From IMG/VR virus record IMGVR_UViG_3300033075_001196, positions 32,001-96,000 of that record: 64,000 nt of DNA. The stretch is one strand, 5' to 3'. The notes beneath the pieces were generated by a model. The model was not told the origin of the DNA and did no database searches. It saw nothing but the letters and a program-made list of their open reading frames with translations. Every line of letters starts with the position of its first letter. The stretch's first letter is position 1. Source of the DNA: a virus. Taxonomy: Duplodnaviria > Caudoviricetes. Positions 27,830 through 38,613 of the stretch are shown here, piece after piece. The position numbers and the translations under genes were made by a program.

Positions 27830-29032
27830 TTACCAGCCACTTTTAATTGTGTTAGAAATATATTCTACTTGTTCTGGTGTAACCCACCATCCAACTGGAA
27901 TGCAGATCATATCTTTAGTTACCATTTCCAAATTTGGCAAATTATCAGAATGAATATTATATTGTTTTAATCCTGAATGTAAATCATTTCTTTCATGAAC
28001 CCTTGACGTGATTATTCCCGCATCATGCATTTTTTTCATAAATCCAGCTCTATTACCAACCCTCATTGTATATAACCAATATGATGATTTTCTATCAGGT
28101 GCATTTTCTAATAAAGTGACGCCTGCAGTATTTTTTAATGATTTATTATAAAATTCAGCATTGAGTTGATGTTTACTAACTATAGTTTTCATGTTCTTTA
28201 AATTTTCAATTCCAATTGATGCATTGACATCATTCATATGAAATTTAAATCCAATTTCTGGAATATCTTGTTCACATCTAAAATCAGTCCGAGGCGTATC
28301 TCTATCAATACCATACCATCTAATCAATTTAGCGGCTTTAGTAAATTCAACAAATGGACTACCTATGAATCCACCATCTACTGTTGTAAGATGCTTTATT
28401 GCTTGTGTACTAAATGTAGATAAATTTCCAGTAAATCCAACATTGTAATCTTTATATGTTGATCCAAATGCATGAGCACAATCCTCAACAATTAAAATTT
28501 TATGTCCAAAATGTTTTTCTGCCTTATTAACTATTGATGACAGTTTATCCATATCAACTGGATATCCACCCCAATGTACAATTGTTATAATTCTAGTATG
28601 TTCATTTATTAATCGTTCAACTGATTCCAACGATATATTCATTGTCATCGGATCAATATCCGCCCATATTAATTTTAAATTATTATGTAGAATTGGCCAA
28701 TTTGTAGCAGTGCACGTCAATGGAGTAGAAATTACTTCACTTTTATGATCTAATCCACCCCATTTAAAATCTGTTGATGCATATTCATAATATGTTGTCA
28801 ATTTTCTATCCTTTTTCAACATATGATATATCAAATGTTCAGCTGACGTTGCAGAATTACATGTAATAGTATCATATATACAAAACGGTTTTGAAAAGTA
28901 ACTATTTAAATCCTTTTCAAATTGTTTTACTTTTGGTCCTTCACCAATATAACCACTGTTTAGAACGTCAAAAGCGGCAGCTGCTGCAGCTGAAGACATA
29001 TATACTTTAAATAATGGAATTTCATTTTTCAT
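27830..29032 (-). CDS. DegT/DnrJ/EryC1/StrS sugar aminotransferase
   Basis: NSATSA, VHWGG, EDCAHAFG, S.QAIKHLTTVDGG (PLP lysine). Confidence 0.92.
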   Translation of the reverse strand: MKNEIPLFKVYMSSAAAAAAFDVLNSGYIGEGPKVKQFEKDLNSYFSKPFCIYDTITCNSATSAEHLIYHMLKKDRKLTTYYEYASTDFKWGGLDHKSEVISTPLTCTATNWPILHNNLKLIWADIDPMTMNISLESVERLINEHTRIITIVHWGGYPVDMDKLSSIVNKAEKHFGHKILIVEDCAHAFGSTYKDYNVGFTGNLSTFSTQAIKHLTTVDGGFIGSPFVEFTKAAKLIRWYGIDRDTPRTDFRCEQDIPEIGFKFHMNDVNASIGIENLKNMKTIVSKHQLNAEFYNKSLKNTAGVTLLENAPDRKSSYWLYTMRVGNRAGFMKKMHDAGIITSRVHERNDLHSGLKQYNIHSDNLPNLEMVTKDMICIPVGWWVTPEQVEYISNTIKSGW

Positions 29033-29727
29033 TTTGAAATATTTAAATAAAAATTATTTTGTTTAATTTGCTTTGCAAATGTCTTTTGATGTATTAAGCT
29101 GAATTTTCTATTAGATGTAACATCTTTAATATCTGCTGTTCCAATTACAGTAGCCCGTTTATAACCTGTTATTTTTTCATGGACATGTCCAGTCCATTTA
29201 ATTCTTTTTAAATTTTTAAAAATCCTCAGTTGTAAATCAGGCCAATTTATAATTGGTTCACCTTCATATTGATTGGAATGATCTACATTCCATCCAATTG
29301 ATTGGGCATATGATAACTCTAAATTAGAAACTGTATTGACTCTTGGTAACCAAAAGGCTTCAATATCTGGATTTTCTTGTATTATATCATGAATTAATAA
29401 CAAATATGTTCCTAAATTTTCATCAGCATCAATCTGGAAAATATATTCCTTCGTACATTCTAATTTTAAATTGTTTTTAAAAGATGCAAAATCCCCATTA
29501 AGTGGAAACATAATGTGAGATATAAATGGATATTCATGTTGTAATTCTTCTATTAATTCTCTAACTTTTAAAGTAGAATTCGTTTCATCAACCTGAATAA
29601 CTATTTCATCATGTTGTTTGACAAATGGAATCAATTGTTTTATCAATGATTTTAATTCATCATGTTCATCACACACCGTAATTGCAAATGATATGGATGG
29701 TATTTTATTTTTGATCATCTTCTTCAA
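29029..29727 (-). CDS. Glycosyltransferase family 2
   Basis: DFA.FKN, QIDADE, WPD.Q.R, W...VHE. Confidence 0.85.
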   Translation of the reverse strand: MKKMIKNKIPSISFAITVCDEHDELKSLIKQLIPFVKQHDEIVIQVDETNSTLKVRELIEELQHEYPFISHIMFPLNGDFASFKNNLKLECTKEYIFQIDADENLGTYLLLIHDIIQENPDIEAFWLPRVNTVSNLELSYAQSIGWNVDHSNQYEGEPIINWPDLQLRIFKNLKRIKWTGHVHEKITGYKRATVIGTADIKDVTSNRKFSLIHQKTFAKQIKQNNFYLNISK

Positions 29728-30205
29728 CTAAACTATTGTATAAATCAAATGCCTCTTCAAATTGTATTTTATCAAAAACTTTAATGGGAACATTATTTAC
29801 TTTAAATAGACCCATTTCTTCTTTTCCATTTACTACGATTGGCAGATTAACCACAAAATGCGTGTTAATATCTTCTTTATCTTTCAATTTTTCTACTTTT
29901 GATACACCCCATTTGAATCCTTGAATTTGATCAGCAATTGGAAATAGTACCCCGGAATGTTTAAACGCCAAGATTGGATACCATATATTACCAGTAACAG
30001 TATCAATGAATTTAAATGGTAATATGTATGCAGGCAATTGATTTTCCAATTCCTGAATGGCTTCTGGTGAATTAATTGTCCACACATCTTTCATGTTTTG
30101 GTAACCTGTACCTAAATCCATTCTATATGAGTCCTCAACTAGAACGGTTAATTCTCCAGTTATTGGAGAAAACTCATCGAATGAATCCTTTACTTCTTCT
30201 CTCAT
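29705..30205 (-). CDS. Hypothetical protein
   Basis: 166-aa ORF. Confidence 0.55.
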   Translation of the reverse strand: MREEVKDSFDEFSPITGELTVLVEDSYRMDLGTGYQNMKDVWTINSPEAIQELENQLPAYILPFKFIDTVTGNIWYPILAFKHSGVLFPIADQIQGFKWGVSKVEKLKDKEDINTHFVVNLPIVVNGKEEMGLFKVNNVPIKVFDKIQFEEAFDLYNSLVEEDDQK

Positions 30206-31509
30206 TGTTCTTTAAATTCTGGTATTTTGAATGTTGTTAATTCTGGGCTAGAAATTAATTTAGTTTCTTTAAATTGATCTAAATTATTAAAAATATCCTC
30301 TATTTTATTTTTCATCATTTCTAATGAAAATTTATTTTTTGTTATATTAATATGTTTTTTGGAAGTATCCAAAAATTTCGCATACAATTTATGACATGAA
30401 TCTAAAATTTGTGAAGCGTATGTATAGTTTACTGTGAACCAACCACTTTCAGCCATTATCCAATTATTAACTGCTGATGGTGCTACCTGAGTTATTTGTC
30501 CTGGTAATAAATAACAAGCTTCTTGATTAAGAAAATCCAATTGACCTGACCATCCTGACGCAATGACTGGTTTGCCAGTTGCAGTAAATTCTAATAATGG
30601 CCTACCAAATCCTTCCCCCTTAGTAAAGGATACCATTGCTTTAATTTTTTCATGATTGTATAATGAATTCATTTCATTGTCTGATAATTCTCCGTGAATT
30701 ACATAAACATTTGGTAATGACCCCTCATGCCCCTGATCTTTAATCAATTCACCAATTGTTTGTATTTTATTTTGTAGAGATAACAATTCCAAATTGCTAA
30801 AATTTGCATGAGATGTTTTTAAAACTAATGCAGGTCTGTTTTGGGGTGCCTTTCTTTTAAATGTATTATAGAATGTATGTATTAGCATACCTATATCCTT
30901 TCTATCAGCACCCAAATCTCCTTGTAACCAATGCCCAACAAACAAAAATGCATAGTCCTCGGTAACTGTTTTCATTAATGAATTTACTGTAGAATCATTG
31001 CAAGTTATCTTTTTAAATATGTTGGTATCAATACCTTCAAACAACACCTCACAAGGAGCTGTTAATTTTAATACTTCGATAACTACATCAGATCCTTCAT
31101 TTTTCTTTTCAAATATAGTTGATTCGAATACCCGCTTTGAATGTTCTGACGATGTTAGCACTAAATGCATTCGATTACAACCTTCTATCCATTCAGGTTT
31201 GCATAATGTTGTTTCTATTCCTGCAGTTAATCCAATATTATAATCTCCAACCGCTTGAAATTCATTTGGTATTGTACATTGGATCCAAATCTCTGGTTTA
31301 TATGTTAATTGAGGAATTATCCTTTCATGAATGGCTCTGTGTTTAGGATCAGTCAACACTAATGCTGTTTGGGGAGTATCTCCCCATGGTGTCGCTATGA
31401 TATCAACATCATAACCCAAATCTATTAATGATGAAACAAAATCTCTAGACCTTGCACCGTAACCGCTTAAAGTTCTTACTGGTGCGGCGATTGTAACTTT
31501 TTTATTCAT
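30202..31509 (-). CDS. Glycosyltransferase family 4
   Basis: SGYG..SR, RKD, GEGFGRPLLE..ATGKPVI. Confidence 0.88.
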   Translation of the reverse strand: MNKKVTIAAPVRTLSGYGARSRDFVSSLIDLGYDVDIIATPWGDTPQTALVLTDPKHRAIHERIIPQLTYKPEIWIQCTIPNEFQAVGDYNIGLTAGIETTLCKPEWIEGCNRMHLVLTSSEHSKRVFESTIFEKKNEGSDVVIEVLKLTAPCEVLFEGIDTNIFKKITCNDSTVNSLMKTVTEDYAFLFVGHWLQGDLGADRKDIGMLIHTFYNTFKRKAPQNRPALVLKTSHANFSNLELLSLQNKIQTIGELIKDQGHEGSLPNVYVIHGELSDNEMNSLYNHEKIKAMVSFTKGEGFGRPLLEFTATGKPVIASGWSGQLDFLNQEACYLLPGQITQVAPSAVNNWIMAESGWFTVNYTYASQILDSCHKLYAKFLDTSKKHINITKNKFSLEMMKNKIEDIFNNLDQFKETKLISSPELTTFKIPEFKEQ

Positions 31510-31512
31510 ATA

Positions 31513-33012
31513 TTATACTATTCCAATTTTTGTAACTTTTTTCTTAGGTTGCACTTTAATGATTTCTACCTTTGGTTTAGGTGTAAAAGTGTCTAGACAT
31601 ATATTGATTGCATCTGCCATTTTTGAGCTCATTATTTTACTTTCCATTCCCGCAGTTGTAATTAACCATTCTCTGCCTATTGAACCTGCTAATTTCCTTT
31701 CTTCTTTCGTTTTATTATACCAATATGATATTCCAGCAGCAACATCTTCAAGTTTGGCCCTATCGTCAAAAATATAAGGTGTTTCCAATGATCCTTGTAA
31801 TGATCTGTTTGATGGGATTATTGGATATGCCCAAGGACCATGATTTTTTAATATACCTGTATGGTTGGTAGTTAAATCTTCGGTTGGAAAGAATTCAGTG
31901 CCATCATCATTTTTATATCCTAATTGATCTTGCAATCCTCCAGTAACATTACTAATAATTGGTGTGCCTGCCATTAATGATTCAGCGGATGATAATCCAA
32001 ATCCTTCATTACTTGCAATGTTGAGCGTAACATCAGCATTATTATAATAAAAATTTAATACTTTTGAAGGAATTCTTTCAATACTAAAAATAACTTGATA
32101 ATCAGGACATATATTGTCTTTAACTGAGATTAAATCAGTTCCATTAGGATCTCTTGGATGAGTGTGAAGAAATAATACACATTTAGCTGCTTGTTCCTTA
32201 GGCAGTGTATCACAGAATAATTTATAAGCTAAAATTACATCTCCTGGTTGTTTTCTTCTAATATTTCTGTTATTCCAAAATACTATAAAATCAACATCTC
32301 CGTGTTTTTTAGCAAATACATCTTTAAAATCTAAATATTCTCTCCAATCAGGATCTGTTTCTGTTAATGGCCTGTATTTATTGGAATCTATTCCGTGTGG
32401 AATATATGTTATCAAACTGGTATTATTTTTTTTCTTTACTACCTCAGCAGATTCCATTAGATCTATAGAATTATATCCACCATGTTCTAATACCTTTTTA
32501 TGTATTATATGAGTCTGCTTATTAATTGCCATTAATAGATCACAAGAACTATATGCTGCCAAATTCCAATGTGGATATGGAAGATCATCCCATATACTGT
32601 AATACATTATAGGAATTTTATATGTAGATCTAATTTCATACTCCATTGCATACAACCAAGTCCAATATCTCGGATCTGTAAAATGCAATATTGCGTGAAC
32701 TGTTTCATTGTTTAAAATGTGTCTAAGTATTCCTGCATCTCCATATCCTGAATATGGGTATAATTTAACCGATACATTTTCATATCCAGTTTCATCTTCA
32801 ACAATTTTAGAAATATCTAAAATCTTTCCTTTGTCTGGATGATCAACTGTTGACGCTATTTGTATCCAATTAAATTGATTGGCGGTATTGAATACAAATT
32901 CTCTGGCCATAGTACCAATACCTGATGGTGCATTGATATCATCTGCCAGTAATAATATTGTAGGCCTCTTTAAGGCTTCATCCGATATCGGAATTAATTT
33001 TGGTAAATTCAT
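31513..33012 (-). CDS. Glycosyltransferase family 4
   Basis: SGIG, PHG.D, RN.RRK, EGFGLSSAESLMAGTPII. Confidence 0.88.
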   Translation of the reverse strand: MNLPKLIPISDEALKRPTILLLADDINAPSGIGTMAREFVFNTANQFNWIQIASTVDHPDKGKILDISKIVEDETGYENVSVKLYPYSGYGDAGILRHILNNETVHAILHFTDPRYWTWLYAMEYEIRSTYKIPIMYYSIWDDLPYPHWNLAAYSSCDLLMAINKQTHIIHKKVLEHGGYNSIDLMESAEVVKKKNNTSLITYIPHGIDSNKYRPLTETDPDWREYLDFKDVFAKKHGDVDFIVFWNNRNIRRKQPGDVILAYKLFCDTLPKEQAAKCVLFLHTHPRDPNGTDLISVKDNICPDYQVIFSIERIPSKVLNFYYNNADVTLNIASNEGFGLSSAESLMAGTPIISNVTGGLQDQLGYKNDDGTEFFPTEDLTTNHTGILKNHGPWAYPIIPSNRSLQGSLETPYIFDDRAKLEDVAAGISYWYNKTKEERKLAGSIGREWLITTAGMESKIMSSKMADAINICLDTFTPKPKVEIIKVQPKKKVTKIGIV

Positions 33013-33045
33013 AAAACTTATTTAATATAAATATATTTTTAACTG

Positions 33046-33744
33046 TTATTTTATCATGTATTCACGATAGTTATTTAAATTATTCATCATTAATTCTAGT
33101 TGATTTACTGTGAATCCAGTTGTAAAACAATTATAATTCATGATATTAGTACAAATTGTCTCAGTGTCTAATAATCCTTGTTTTATTTGATCTGATTGTG
33201 ACAATTCAAATGGATGCATTAATCCAAATAAATGTCCTATTTCATGTGCTAAAACTTGTCCGTTATTATAATCAAACATCGTTTTAAAATTTATAAATAC
33301 ATTATCATATTTCGGAGACATTTGTTCAAAATCTTTACCCTTTTCAACTATAGTAAATCCTTGTAATGACACTTCTCCAATATCTTCAGATTTGATAATA
33401 AAAACATTTAAATATCCTTTTTCAGACCAATTATCAATAATATATTTTACTTGAGACTCATCGCCATATAAATAATTTCTAAAAATTCCATATAAATCTT
33501 TAGTATAATAATGTATTCTAAATCCCTCGACCATTTGAAATTTTACAAGTTGTCTGAATTCAAAATTTAAACCATTATTTGCAATCTTAACTGCATTATA
33601 ATCATATTTTAAATATGATGGTTCATATGCTGTTGAATCATATATAAAATGATATAATACTGGAATAACTGGCTTTGATACTGATTGAGCTGATATATTA
33701 GTCATCACAATCAATTGAATGCATATGAATTTTAAAATATTCAT
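33046..33744 (-). CDS. Secreted zinc metalloprotease (M43/metzincin-like)
   Basis: HEIGHLFGLMH and Met-turn NIMNY; signal peptide. Confidence 0.85.
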   Translation of the reverse strand: MNILKFICIQLIVMTNISAQSVSKPVIPVLYHFIYDSTAYEPSYLKYDYNAVKIANNGLNFEFRQLVKFQMVEGFRIHYYTKDLYGIFRNYLYGDESQVKYIIDNWSEKGYLNVFIIKSEDIGEVSLQGFTIVEKGKDFEQMSPKYDNVFINFKTMFDYNNGQVLAHEIGHLFGLMHPFELSQSDQIKQGLLDTETICTNIMNYNCFTTGFTVNQLELMMNNLNNYREYMIK

Positions 33745-33754
33745 TGAATACCTC

Positions 33755-34162
33755 CTAATTTAATATTAATAGTTTTTTATTGCTCTTTTCAGCCAACTTT
33801 TTGGCATATGATAATTCAAAGGTTAATGTGTTTCCCTTTTCAATAAATATAATTAGATAATCGCATTCATAAATTAAATGTTTGTACCTATCTGATAGAT
33901 GACTCATATGGTATTTTTTTCCATAATATTGCTCATCCATAGCGGAATACATTTTATATCCTGTATAGCTTGGGTTGAATTCTTTATAACTCATATTCAA
34001 TTCTAATGCCATTTTTTTGGCTATATGTTCAACCCCAGTAGAATTACCACCAGATAATATTGTTACATATGGGCCAAATTGCCTTTTAATTAATTGAAAT
34101 ATCTTTATAATTTCAGATTGATTATGATATGTTTCAGTCCCAATTATTCCTATATTATTCAT
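33755..34162 (-). CDS. SLOG/YspA-like protein
   Basis: IGIIG, SGG...GVE..A motifs. Confidence 0.6.
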   Translation of the reverse strand: MNNIGIIGTETYHNQSEIIKIFQLIKRQFGPYVTILSGGNSTGVEHIAKKMALELNMSYKEFNPSYTGYKMYSAMDEQYYGKKYHMSHLSDRYKHLIYECDYLIIFIEKGNTLTFELSYAKKLAEKSNKKLLILN

Positions 34163-35114
34163 TACATATTCTATTTGATCTTGGACATAAATCTTCTCTG
34201 GTGTCGTATTTACAAAATAGACAATTTTTAAAATTCTTTCCAGCTATAGCTGGATATGTTTTATCTGTTTTATATGTGCCGTCATAATTAAAACATTGTT
34301 CGACAAATTTACGTAAGTTTTTTGAAACTCTATTCAAAGAAACCTTTCCATTTGACGGAGAAAATTCCTGTATTCTTTTTTGTACCCATAAACTATCCGG
34401 ATCTATTTTTCTTTTTACAATAAAGTACTTAACATCTATCTTGCTAATATCAACATTTAACAATTTAGCAAAATGTCCTTTATAAATTAAAACTTGATCC
34501 GTGGTGGTCTCATCTTTCTTTTTATAATCATTCCAACCCTTTGTAGAAGTTTTAATATCTATTATGATATACTTTAAAAGATCTTCATCATAGAATATTA
34601 AATCTATAAATCCTGTTAATTTAATGGTCGGATAATCTTCATGTACCTGCGCCATTACTGGAAATTCGATTGCTATTAATTTTACCTTTCTAGTAGTAAA
34701 ATATGATCCTCTCTTTTTTCGAAGATAATCTAATATTGCACAACCATCATTATAAAATGATGCCAATTCAGCTGGTGTTGAGAAATGTTTGCCAAACTTT
34801 TCCTTCCTTTCAGCATATTCCTTTGTCATGGCCGCCAGCAACATTTTATGTAAATCCATTTCATTTGCTTTCCGAACTGATTCAGTATAAATCATTTTTA
34901 ACCAATCTTGTATTACTGAATGTATGGCCTGCCCAAATACCAGATGTATAGATTCATCTGATTCTTTGACTTTCTGAATATAATTTATCTCCCAGGATTT
35001 AGGACAAGTAAAATATTTACTATATTGCGAGAAAGAAATCACCCGATCACCTGGTTGTTTTTCTTCAACCAACTTAGCCAATGCTTTGGTACTTATGTAT
35101 GTATCTTGCGACAT
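34155..35114 (-). CDS. PD-(D/E)XK RecB/Cas4-like exonuclease
   Basis: SFSQ...Y..CP, FG.AIH, G.IDL, IDIKT, Q...Y, C.FC.Y...C. Confidence 0.85.
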   Translation of the reverse strand: MSQDTYISTKALAKLVEEKQPGDRVISFSQYSKYFTCPKSWEINYIQKVKESDESIHLVFGQAIHSVIQDWLKMIYTESVRKANEMDLHKMLLAAMTKEYAERKEKFGKHFSTPAELASFYNDGCAILDYLRKKRGSYFTTRKVKLIAIEFPVMAQVHEDYPTIKLTGFIDLIFYDEDLLKYIIIDIKTSTKGWNDYKKKDETTTDQVLIYKGHFAKLLNVDISKIDVKYFIVKRKIDPDSLWVQKRIQEFSPSNGKVSLNRVSKNLRKFVEQCFNYDGTYKTDKTYPAIAGKNFKNCLFCKYDTREDLCPRSNRICNE

Positions 35115-35116
35115 TT

Positions 35117-35641
35117 TTATTTTTTAATGTGATTCCAAACCGCCACACATTTTCTTATTTGATTATGGCAATCATCCAATGCCTTGTGTGCAACACCACC
35201 ATGTTTCCAACCTTTAATTAGATCAGGAGCCAATGCATATAATGTTCTACAACATCTTTCCTTTCTAAAATTCCATGGAATATCAATAGTAGGATTACAT
35301 AAGGTATATGCAGCTGATAATATTTCCAAATCAAATCTTGGAGAATTAGCCCAAATAAATTCATTATTGTAAAAATTATTAAACTCATACATTGCTTCAT
35401 TAATACTGCAGCAGTCGGATTTTAATGAATTCCTTGATTCTTTTGATTGGCTCATCCACCACATTATTGTATCTGCTTGGACTGTCAATCCTGCTTTTAG
35501 ACAACTTTGCAAAGATATATTTCGATAAAATTCTTCACCAGTTTCTCCTGTATCTATATTAAACCTAACTGCCGCGAGACTTACTATAGCACAACCAGAT
35601 TTATTTCCCATTGTTTCAATGTCAACCATTAGATGGTCCAT
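35117..35641 (-). CDS. DEDDh 3'-5' exonuclease (DUF5051-like)
   Basis: DIET, WANSP.FD, H.ALDD. Confidence 0.85.
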   Translation of the reverse strand: MDHLMVDIETMGNKSGCAIVSLAAVRFNIDTGETGEEFYRNISLQSCLKAGLTVQADTIMWWMSQSKESRNSLKSDCCSINEAMYEFNNFYNNEFIWANSPRFDLEILSAAYTLCNPTIDIPWNFRKERCCRTLYALAPDLIKGWKHGGVAHKALDDCHNQIRKCVAVWNHIKK

Positions 35642-35642
35642 T

Positions 35643-36083
35643 CTATTTCAATTTAAATTGTTTTTTAATATCAGAATCCGAATATCCATGATCTTTAAGA
35701 TATGATATCAAGTCTTCTTGTTTGATAAATTGTAAATTAGAAACTGTTTCAGATTCGTTCCAACAAAACCTTTCACATAAAAATTTAATAAGATTTGGTG
35801 ATATTTTATCTTCAGATTCTTTATCAACTTTAGTATATTTTGTAAAAAATTTAACCTTAGGAAATAAATCTTTAAATAATTTATATACCTCTCTATTTTG
35901 GAGTATGCCTACAGTATACTGTTGCAAATAATTAATTACTCCAATATAATCTGGAGACATTGATATCCACCTATTCATCATAAATGGACTAAATTTTTTC
36001 TTGTCCGTTTCTGAATAATCATCCCATGATGGTTTATTAAAAAATACATCGTTGATATTATCAAATATACTCCGTTCTGCCAT
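35643..36083 (-). CDS. Clamp loader small subunit (T4 gp62-like)
   Basis: F.PFMMNR..SM motif; close to the large subunit. Confidence 0.65.
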   Translation of the reverse strand: MAERSIFDNINDVFFNKPSWDDYSETDKKKFSPFMMNRWISMSPDYIGVINYLQQYTVGILQNREVYKLFKDLFPKVKFFTKYTKVDKESEDKISPNLIKFLCERFCWNESETVSNLQFIKQEDLISYLKDHGYSDSDIKKQFKLK

Positions 36084-36091
36084 AAATTATT

Positions 36092-36358
36092 TTATGGATT
36101 TACTATTAAATTTGATTTAGGTGGATTTGGTTTCGTCTCCTCCACTTCTAATTGTTTTACTGGTGTTCCGCAATCATCACATCTCCACATTGGAATTGGT
36201 ATCATTGCATCAGCAGGCGTTCCTGAAAATATTTTAGAAACTGTTCTCATTGTGAATACCTGTTTAAAGAAGGTTCCACCACATTCGCATATGTGTGGTT
36301 TTGAATTATTCATTATCTGCCGCAGATATTCGGCTTCTGTCATTTGTCCTGGATTCAT
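36092..36358 (-). CDS. Zinc-ribbon protein
   Basis: CECG and CDDCG. Confidence 0.6.
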   Translation of the reverse strand: MNPGQMTEAEYLRQIMNNSKPHICECGGTFFKQVFTMRTVSKIFSGTPADAMIPIPMWRCDDCGTPVKQLEVEETKPNPPKSNLIVNP

Positions 36359-36573
36359 AAAATATATTTTTAGTTAACACGTATAGTTTCAATTCTACTT
36401 TCCCCTGATCTGATGGGAATTATCACTCCTTCTGCATTCTTAAATTTATTCAATAATGGTTTAAATGTTTTTTTCATAACACCATCAATATATTTATCTA
36501 TTTTGGTAGGTTTGAGATCACCAATATTACAATAAAACACAATAATTGAATCTTTCTTTTCTGTTTTCATTTT

Positions 36574-37314
36574 TTATGATTTAAGTTCCGTTAAAATTTC
36601 GATAAACATAGCCATTACACCAATTTCTTTATCTACAATTTGATTATCAAACTGCATTGTTTTTGCTATAGCTAATATAGTAGCTGCCTGATGTCCATTT
36701 TTTGCAAATTCGTCTAAATTATCATATAAAAATCTATACAATTCTTCAAATGATTTGACTCTGGATTCAGCAATTATTTTTCTAATATTTTTAAATGCGT
36801 CAGGTGGGTTTTTAAAAGTTTTCAATTCTTCTAAAATATCATCCATATAATTGGCAGCGGCTGCTATTTGGGCGTCTAATTTTAATGTTCCTGATTTGCT
36901 TAAACTTTGTAAATTATTTATTATCCTTCTCATGTCTGGATAACTTCTATTAATTACTGATGCAACATCCTTTTTTTCATATTTTATACCTTCCAAATCC
37001 AAAATCTCTATACATCTCTTTGCGACTTCACCTTTATTTGGGGGAAGTATATGAAATGGAACACACCGAGATTGAATTGGTTCTATTATTTTTTCAACAT
37101 AGTTGCAAGTTAAAATGAATCTTGCTCCTTTAGAAAAGGTTTCCATTAAATTTCTCAAGGCAGCTTGGGAATTACTAGTCATGAAATCACAATTATGAGT
37201 CAAAATTCCAGAGCCTATAAAAAAATTATGATTTTTTTGCACTGATATATCATATACTTGATTGGTATCACCTGTTTTCGTGATTGATATTATTTTTATT
37301 TTTTTTAATTCCAT
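36574..37314 (-). CDS. Clamp loader large subunit, C-terminal half, fused to split intein C-fragment
   Basis: VYDISV..NHNFF....LTHN|CD followed by QAALR, FILTCN, IQSRC (RFC/gp44). Confidence 0.92.
   Translation of the reverse strand: MELKKIKIISITKTGDTNQVYDISVQKNHNFFIGSGILTHNCDFMTSNSQAALRNLMETFSKGARFILTCNYVEKIIEPIQSRCVPFHILPPNKGEVAKRCIEILDLEGIKYEKKDVASVINRSYPDMRRIINNLQSLSKSGTLKLDAQIAAAANYMDDILEELKTFKNPPDAFKNIRKIIAESRVKSFEELYRFLYDNLDEFAKNGHQAATILAIAKTMQFDNQIVDKEIGVMAMFIEILTELKS
37192..37314 (-). mobile_element. Split intein C-fragment (41 aa)
   Basis: Blocks F and G ending His-Asn before the +1 Cys. Confidence 0.9.
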
Positions 37315-38539
37315 TATATACTTTTTGTAATTGCATTATATTTTCTCCTTCAAAATCAATATTATTTATATAAGATAATATATTATCTTCATTTATCCAA
37401 ATAAATTTAATTATATTTTTTAAACAATATTCAATTACTTGTTGCATTTTATTATCTTGGGCTGCCCATGTGCTTTTTGGTTTTACTTCGTATATAATAT
37501 TTTTAGATTTATCATAAAAATCAACAATATATGAATGGGATTTCAATTCTGAATCGATCCATGGAATTCTTATTGTTTCAAATTCTAAATGTTTATTACT
37601 ATTCCAGAATACTGCTTCCCAACTACTTCTGAATTTTTTAATAGATCCATCATCTAATATTATGCGGGCAGACCAATGGGTTCTAGTATTTGTGATATAT
37701 GGTGTAAATTCTCCAATGGCAATTTTGTGTTTCATAATCTCTGAATTTTTATGAGCTCTCTTTTTAAGATTATCTTTGCCTCTGTCTGTTTGATTAAATA
37801 ATTTCATTTTAATAGAATTGATAGCCCCAACTCTCTTTAATATGGTCTGGCCAGCTTCTGTTTGATTTGATATTTTTCTAGTGGCAGAGGCCTTTTTGCA
37901 TTTGATATTATAATCATAATATTTTATCCAAACACGATTTTTCTCGCATTCATCACAACAATTATTATAACTACCATGAAACTGTCTATTATATTGTTCT
38001 ATAAATTCAACACCACAATACTTGCATTTGGGTATTGGTATTTTCCATACTTGTGTCCCAATATATTGTAATATATTTGAAACTAAATTATGATTAAAGT
38101 GAATATCTAAGTGACTAGACAATCCAGAAAGCGTTTTAAATTTTTTACCACAATATGGACATTGATTTTGTTGATTATACAAAATATTTTGATAATCTTG
38201 TATTGGTTTATTTACTTTAAATTTTCTACATTTTCCAGAGGTGCAATAAGTTTTTTTAGTTTTGCTTTTGAATGGAGTATTGCAATTTAAACATATACAA
38301 TCTATTAGTTTATTTTGATTTTTTATTATTTTTAATCTTCCTATTTCTCGATTAGCACATATATTACATCGTTTAACATATCCTCGAACATAACTAATAA
38401 AACTTGATGGTTTGCCACAATCTACACAAAATTCTTCATTTAGTTGTTTTATAAAAGTATCATAATATTCTCTTATGGATATTTTATGTTTTCTTAAATG
38501 ATTTTTATTTAATTTCTCCCCACAAATATTACAATTCAT
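37268..38539 (-). CDS. Free-standing homing-type endonuclease (Zn-finger repeats plus TnsA-like PD-(D/E)XK)
   Basis: Multiple CxxC; FRSSWE, Y.VDFY, EVKP. Confidence 0.75.
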   Translation of the reverse strand: MNCNICGEKLNKNHLRKHKISIREYYDTFIKQLNEEFCVDCGKPSSFISYVRGYVKRCNICANREIGRLKIIKNQNKLIDCICLNCNTPFKSKTKKTYCTSGKCRKFKVNKPIQDYQNILYNQQNQCPYCGKKFKTLSGLSSHLDIHFNHNLVSNILQYIGTQVWKIPIPKCKYCGVEFIEQYNRQFHGSYNNCCDECEKNRVWIKYYDYNIKCKKASATRKISNQTEAGQTILKRVGAINSIKMKLFNQTDRGKDNLKKRAHKNSEIMKHKIAIGEFTPYITNTRTHWSARIILDDGSIKKFRSSWEAVFWNSNKHLEFETIRIPWIDSELKSHSYIVDFYDKSKNIIYEVKPKSTWAAQDNKMQQVIEYCLKNIIKFIWINEDNILSYINNIDFEGENIMQLQKVYNGIKKNKNNINHENR

Positions 38540-38613
38540 ACTAATTTAGATTTATATTTACAACATATTTCGTATATAAATATACCCTTAACTAGTTAAA
38601 AACTCAATTTATA

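Noticed and set aside
34155-35114. Cas4 as evidence of a CRISPR system
   Set aside because: Stand-alone RecB/Cas4-like nucleases are common in phage replication modules
37315-38613. Group I intron splitting the clamp loader
   Set aside because: Both halves carry intein blocks and have their own stop and start; no room or motifs for a ribozyme core
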